Both the position numbers and the translations under genes were made by a program. DNA of 49,166 bases from a virus (Duplodnaviria > Caudoviricetes), in IMG/VR virus record IMGVR_UViG_3300037506_000042, positions 1-49,166 of that record, one strand, 5' to 3'. This document shows positions 46,325 through 49,166 of the stretch, in pieces (within the stretch, counting starts at the first letter, position 1; every line of letters starts with the position of its first letter). The notes under the pieces are model-generated. The model saw nothing but the letters and a program-made list of their open reading frames with translations. It had not been told where the DNA came from and searched no databases.

Positions 46325-48862
46325 ATGACAATACGCAAGCGACGCTCTAAAAGATTCGACGAGCTCGAAACATATATTGCTAAATCAATCCAAGACAGAA
46401 TGCGTAGAGGTTCTCGCGCTTCGAACGGAACAGTGCAGGGAACAACTCCAGGTAATGGAAGCGGCGCGATAACAACTCATGAAACGTTAGATTACGTCGA
46501 AGCTCACAAGCTAAACAACAGAAACGGAGTTTACTATTCTGTGAATTACGGCATAGTTGGCGGACCTCTAATTGATGAATCAAACAACATTTTGTCAATG
46601 CTTGATTCAGTCGGTCAATCAGGCGGCGGAACGTGTGTCATTAGAGCAGTTAACCCGTTGCACTCAATTTACATTAACAAGACGATCAGCGTTTACTATA
46701 GTAACGTTCATCTTGTTTTCAAGTCACCTGTAGTCTATGGTGCGTCTGGCTCTATACGCATCATGGGACAATTTGATGAGTATTCAAACAGACCTGGTGG
46801 CAGTTCTTACACTCTGCAATCATCAACAACGCTAAACTCATCCAATCAAACAGTTCTAACGCTCAAAAGCGGACAAGGTTCAACACTTGCACAAGGAATG
46901 AAGCTTGTCATCAGAGGCCAAAATGACGCAAGCGGTAAGGCAATTTTCAAAGACTCGTCATACATTGCTTCAATTTCTGGTGATGTAATCACACTTACAG
47001 ATGAGCTTGATTACACTTTTGACCCTACATATCCAAATAGCGAATGGCCTCCAGACCTAACAACTGGAACAACGATTTACATCGTACGGTATAGCTCATT
47101 TACAACAAACATCACTTCTGGCGCTACATCTGCTGTTTGCTCAGGCGCTAGCACCAACTTTGCCGTAGGTGATTTTGTTATGGTTTCAGACAGTAGAAAC
47201 GAGTTTGACATGAACAGTTCTGCTGTTACACAATCTGGAGTGCCGTACAAAAACCCTGCTAATCTTGAATTTGCTCGCATAGTTGCATTAGATGCAGCAA
47301 CAAATACTGTTACTTTTGATCATGCGCTAAGGCGCTCTTACAACACTGCAAATTACGGCGGTATCAGCAAGGTTTTACCTGTTCAGAATTCAACCATTTC
47401 AGGCGTGCGAGCAACATACAACGCAGACCAGTTGTCGCGCAGCATAAACACACTGCAAATAACTTACGCTGTCAACTGTCATGCTTTTGATAATGTCGTA
47501 GACGGCAGCGGCGGCAGGAGATCGCATGCTATACGAATAAGCTATGCGTATATGTGTTCTGCTTACAGAAACATTGTGCGGGATGCAAAATTCTATAACT
47601 CTGGAGAGGGATACGGTATCACGGTGTATTACTCTTCTAACTGCTCTGTGTATGCAAACAAAATCAGCGGTTGTAGACACAACATATTGTTACAGCTTGC
47701 TACAGCTGCAGATATCTATGACAACGACTCTATAGACGATAGAATCAGCGGTATAGATCTACACGGAGTCCATAGTCAAGATTGCCACATCTACAACAAT
47801 AGAATTTCGCGATCGGCGCTGTTTTCCCCATCAGTAACAAACGGATCTGGTATCAGAAACGGAAACACTTCACATAGCGGCGGAGACCACGGAACGCTGA
47901 TAGAAAACAATATCATCTCTGGATATCAAGCCGGAACTGCATCGCTGTTTGCAATTGACGTTATACCAGCATCAAGAGATGTGACGGTTAAAAACAACAC
48001 GATTACAGATGCATACACAGGATTTAGGCTTACGCCAAACAGCAAACAGGTAAACCCTCCGCAAACTGTATCTAACCTGGCTATTGTCAACAACAAGTTC
48101 ACCAGGTGCTCTAACAGAGCGATAGAAGTTATCGGCAGGCCAAACTATGACAATGTGAATTCAAACGGAAAGTGTGACAAGTTGCTATTTAAAGGCAACG
48201 TAAGCGACAGCAACTCAAAGCATTTTGAGTTTTCGGGATTGTCAGGCGGAGGAACCAATAGCGGTTTACAGAATGTAACTGTTGAAGACAACGTCGTTAT
48301 AAACCCTATTTCTTCTAGTTCTAGGTTTGGAGTTTCAGTAAAAGACATATCTGGCGTCGTTAGAATTCACAGAAACACGGTCAGCGGTTGCAACCGTGGA
48401 ATAGAGCTTGTAAACACGAACGGCGCAAGAGTGACACACAACAACGCGCACGATATTTTAGATGGCAGCTCGCTTGCGTACGTCGTAATTGGAAACACTT
48501 CTCCGTCAATAGAGCTAAACTCACCGCGCACATTTGAATACCTTTATAACAACCCGTGGGTGACATTGACACTAAACCCGCCTTGGTTTTTCTCTGCAAT
48601 ATACGGATGGCATGAGCCAAGCTATCAAAAAGACAGCGAAGGCAAAGTGTCGATTCGCGGCATTGCGTTTGGTGGTTCTCCTGGTGTAGCTATTTCAACT
48701 CTTCCCGTTGGATTTCGACCAACAGTGGCTGAACGCTTTGCAGTAGTTGCAGGCGGAGCGTTTGGGTTTGTTGATATAGGAACAGCTGGAACAATCGTTT
48801 TAGCTTTGGGAGATAATTCTTATGTGTCTTTGAGTAACATAAGTTTCTACGCAGGATTGTAG
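46325..48862 (+). CDS. Tail spike/receptor-binding protein with right-handed beta-helix
   Basis: Repeated xxNxI/S strands (YANKISG, IYNNRIS, IENNIIS); C-terminal LPVGFRP domain. Confidence 0.8.
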   Translation: MTIRKRRSKRFDELETYIAKSIQDRMRRGSRASNGTVQGTTPGNGSGAITTHETLDYVEAHKLNNRNGVYYSVNYGIVGGPLIDESNNILSMLDSVGQSGGGTCVIRAVNPLHSIYINKTISVYYSNVHLVFKSPVVYGASGSIRIMGQFDEYSNRPGGSSYTLQSSTTLNSSNQTVLTLKSGQGSTLAQGMKLVIRGQNDASGKAIFKDSSYIASISGDVITLTDELDYTFDPTYPNSEWPPDLTTGTTIYIVRYSSFTTNITSGATSAVCSGASTNFAVGDFVMVSDSRNEFDMNSSAVTQSGVPYKNPANLEFARIVALDAATNTVTFDHALRRSYNTANYGGISKVLPVQNSTISGVRATYNADQLSRSINTLQITYAVNCHAFDNVVDGSGGRRSHAIRISYAYMCSAYRNIVRDAKFYNSGEGYGITVYYSSNCSVYANKISGCRHNILLQLATAADIYDNDSIDDRISGIDLHGVHSQDCHIYNNRISRSALFSPSVTNGSGIRNGNTSHSGGDHGTLIENNIISGYQAGTASLFAIDVIPASRDVTVKNNTITDAYTGFRLTPNSKQVNPPQTVSNLAIVNNKFTRCSNRAIEVIGRPNYDNVNSNGKCDKLLFKGNVSDSNSKHFEFSGLSGGGTNSGLQNVTVEDNVVINPISSSSRFGVSVKDISGVVRIHRNTVSGCNRGIELVNTNGARVTHNNAHDILDGSSLAYVVIGNTSPSIELNSPRTFEYLYNNPWVTLTLNPPWFFSAIYGWHEPSYQKDSEGKVSIRGIAFGGSPGVAISTLPVGFRPTVAERFAVVAGGAFGFVDIGTAGTIVLALGDNSYVSLSNISFYAGL

Positions 48863-48938
48863 AACGTCGTAGAGCGTCGCGTAGCAGCTTATGTACTAAC
48901 AAAGCTAAAACGATTGTTCCAGCTGTTCCTATATCAAC
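48770..48938. repeat. Perfect 39-bp inverted repeat (48770-48808 and 48900-48938)
   Basis: GTTGATATAGGAACAGCTGGAACAATCGTTTTAGCTTTG and its exact reverse complement downstream of the stop. Confidence 0.95.
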
Positions 48939-49008
48939 TCAGTAGAATGTGCAGTTGTCGCACAGGCGCTGGCAAAGGCCTCTTGGGGCGTGTTGCGCGT
49001 CCTGCAAC

Positions 49009-49166
49009 TCACGGTACAAGCTCAAGAGTCTGTTGCCCGCATTTGCACTCTTCAAATGCCAGACGCTTTTCGGCTTCCTTCAGGTAGTCAGCATCAATCT
49101 CGAAGCCAATAAAGTTGACGCCCAGTCCGGCGCAGGCGAGCGCGGTATTGCCCAGCCCCATAAATG
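49009..49166 (-). CDS. Alternative 3' end of the DNA methyltransferase (partial, enters from the right edge)
   Basis: ...YLKEAEKRLAFEECKCGQQTLELVP* here, versus ...YLKEAETRLASVSGTR* at 1146. Confidence 0.8.
   Translation of the reverse strand, partial: FMGLGNTALACAGLGVNFIGFEIDADYLKEAEKRLAFEECKCGQQTLELVP

Larger units (their letters stand above)
1178..49166. mobile_element. Siphovirus-like phage or prophage genome, unit length 47,890 bp
   Basis: Ordered terminase-portal-head-tail-tape measure module, replication and lysis genes; 99-bp exact direct repeat at 1178-1276 and 49068-49166. Confidence 0.93.

Noticed and set aside
1178-49166. cas genes, integrase, CI-like repressor, reverse transcriptase (DGR)
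   Set aside because: No recognisable motifs; the duplicated segments do not show adenine-specific variation. Remote homologs cannot be excluded without HMM searches.

Overview
Almost the whole window (about 1178-49166) is a 47,890-bp tailed (siphovirus-like) phage genome. The last 99 bp (49068-49166) exactly repeat 1178-1276 inside a DNA-methyltransferase gene, so the sequence is either a circular phage contig with a host-derived branch or a prophage joined to the host through a shared MTase gene. Bases 1-1145 look like host DNA (secreted NHL-repeat protein). The phage has a leftward early region (1.1-10.9 kb) and a rightward replication, lysis, accessory-virion, packaging, head and tail region. 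I recognised no integrase and no cas gene. The host may be Chloroflexota-like, inferred from Pro/Thr-rich exported proteins and the repeat style. The most striking feature is dispersed use of one 37-bp CRISPR repeat. There is a promoter-driven 8-repeat/7-spacer mini-array. Three of its spacers match this same genome (35/35, 36/36, 34/36), each behind a 5'-CCN motif. Three further solitary repeats exist. Two of them bracket an 899-bp gene cargo, and that unit is flanked by a 10-bp direct repeat and carries symmetric inner inverted repeats. All matches were found by eye; no database searches were run.
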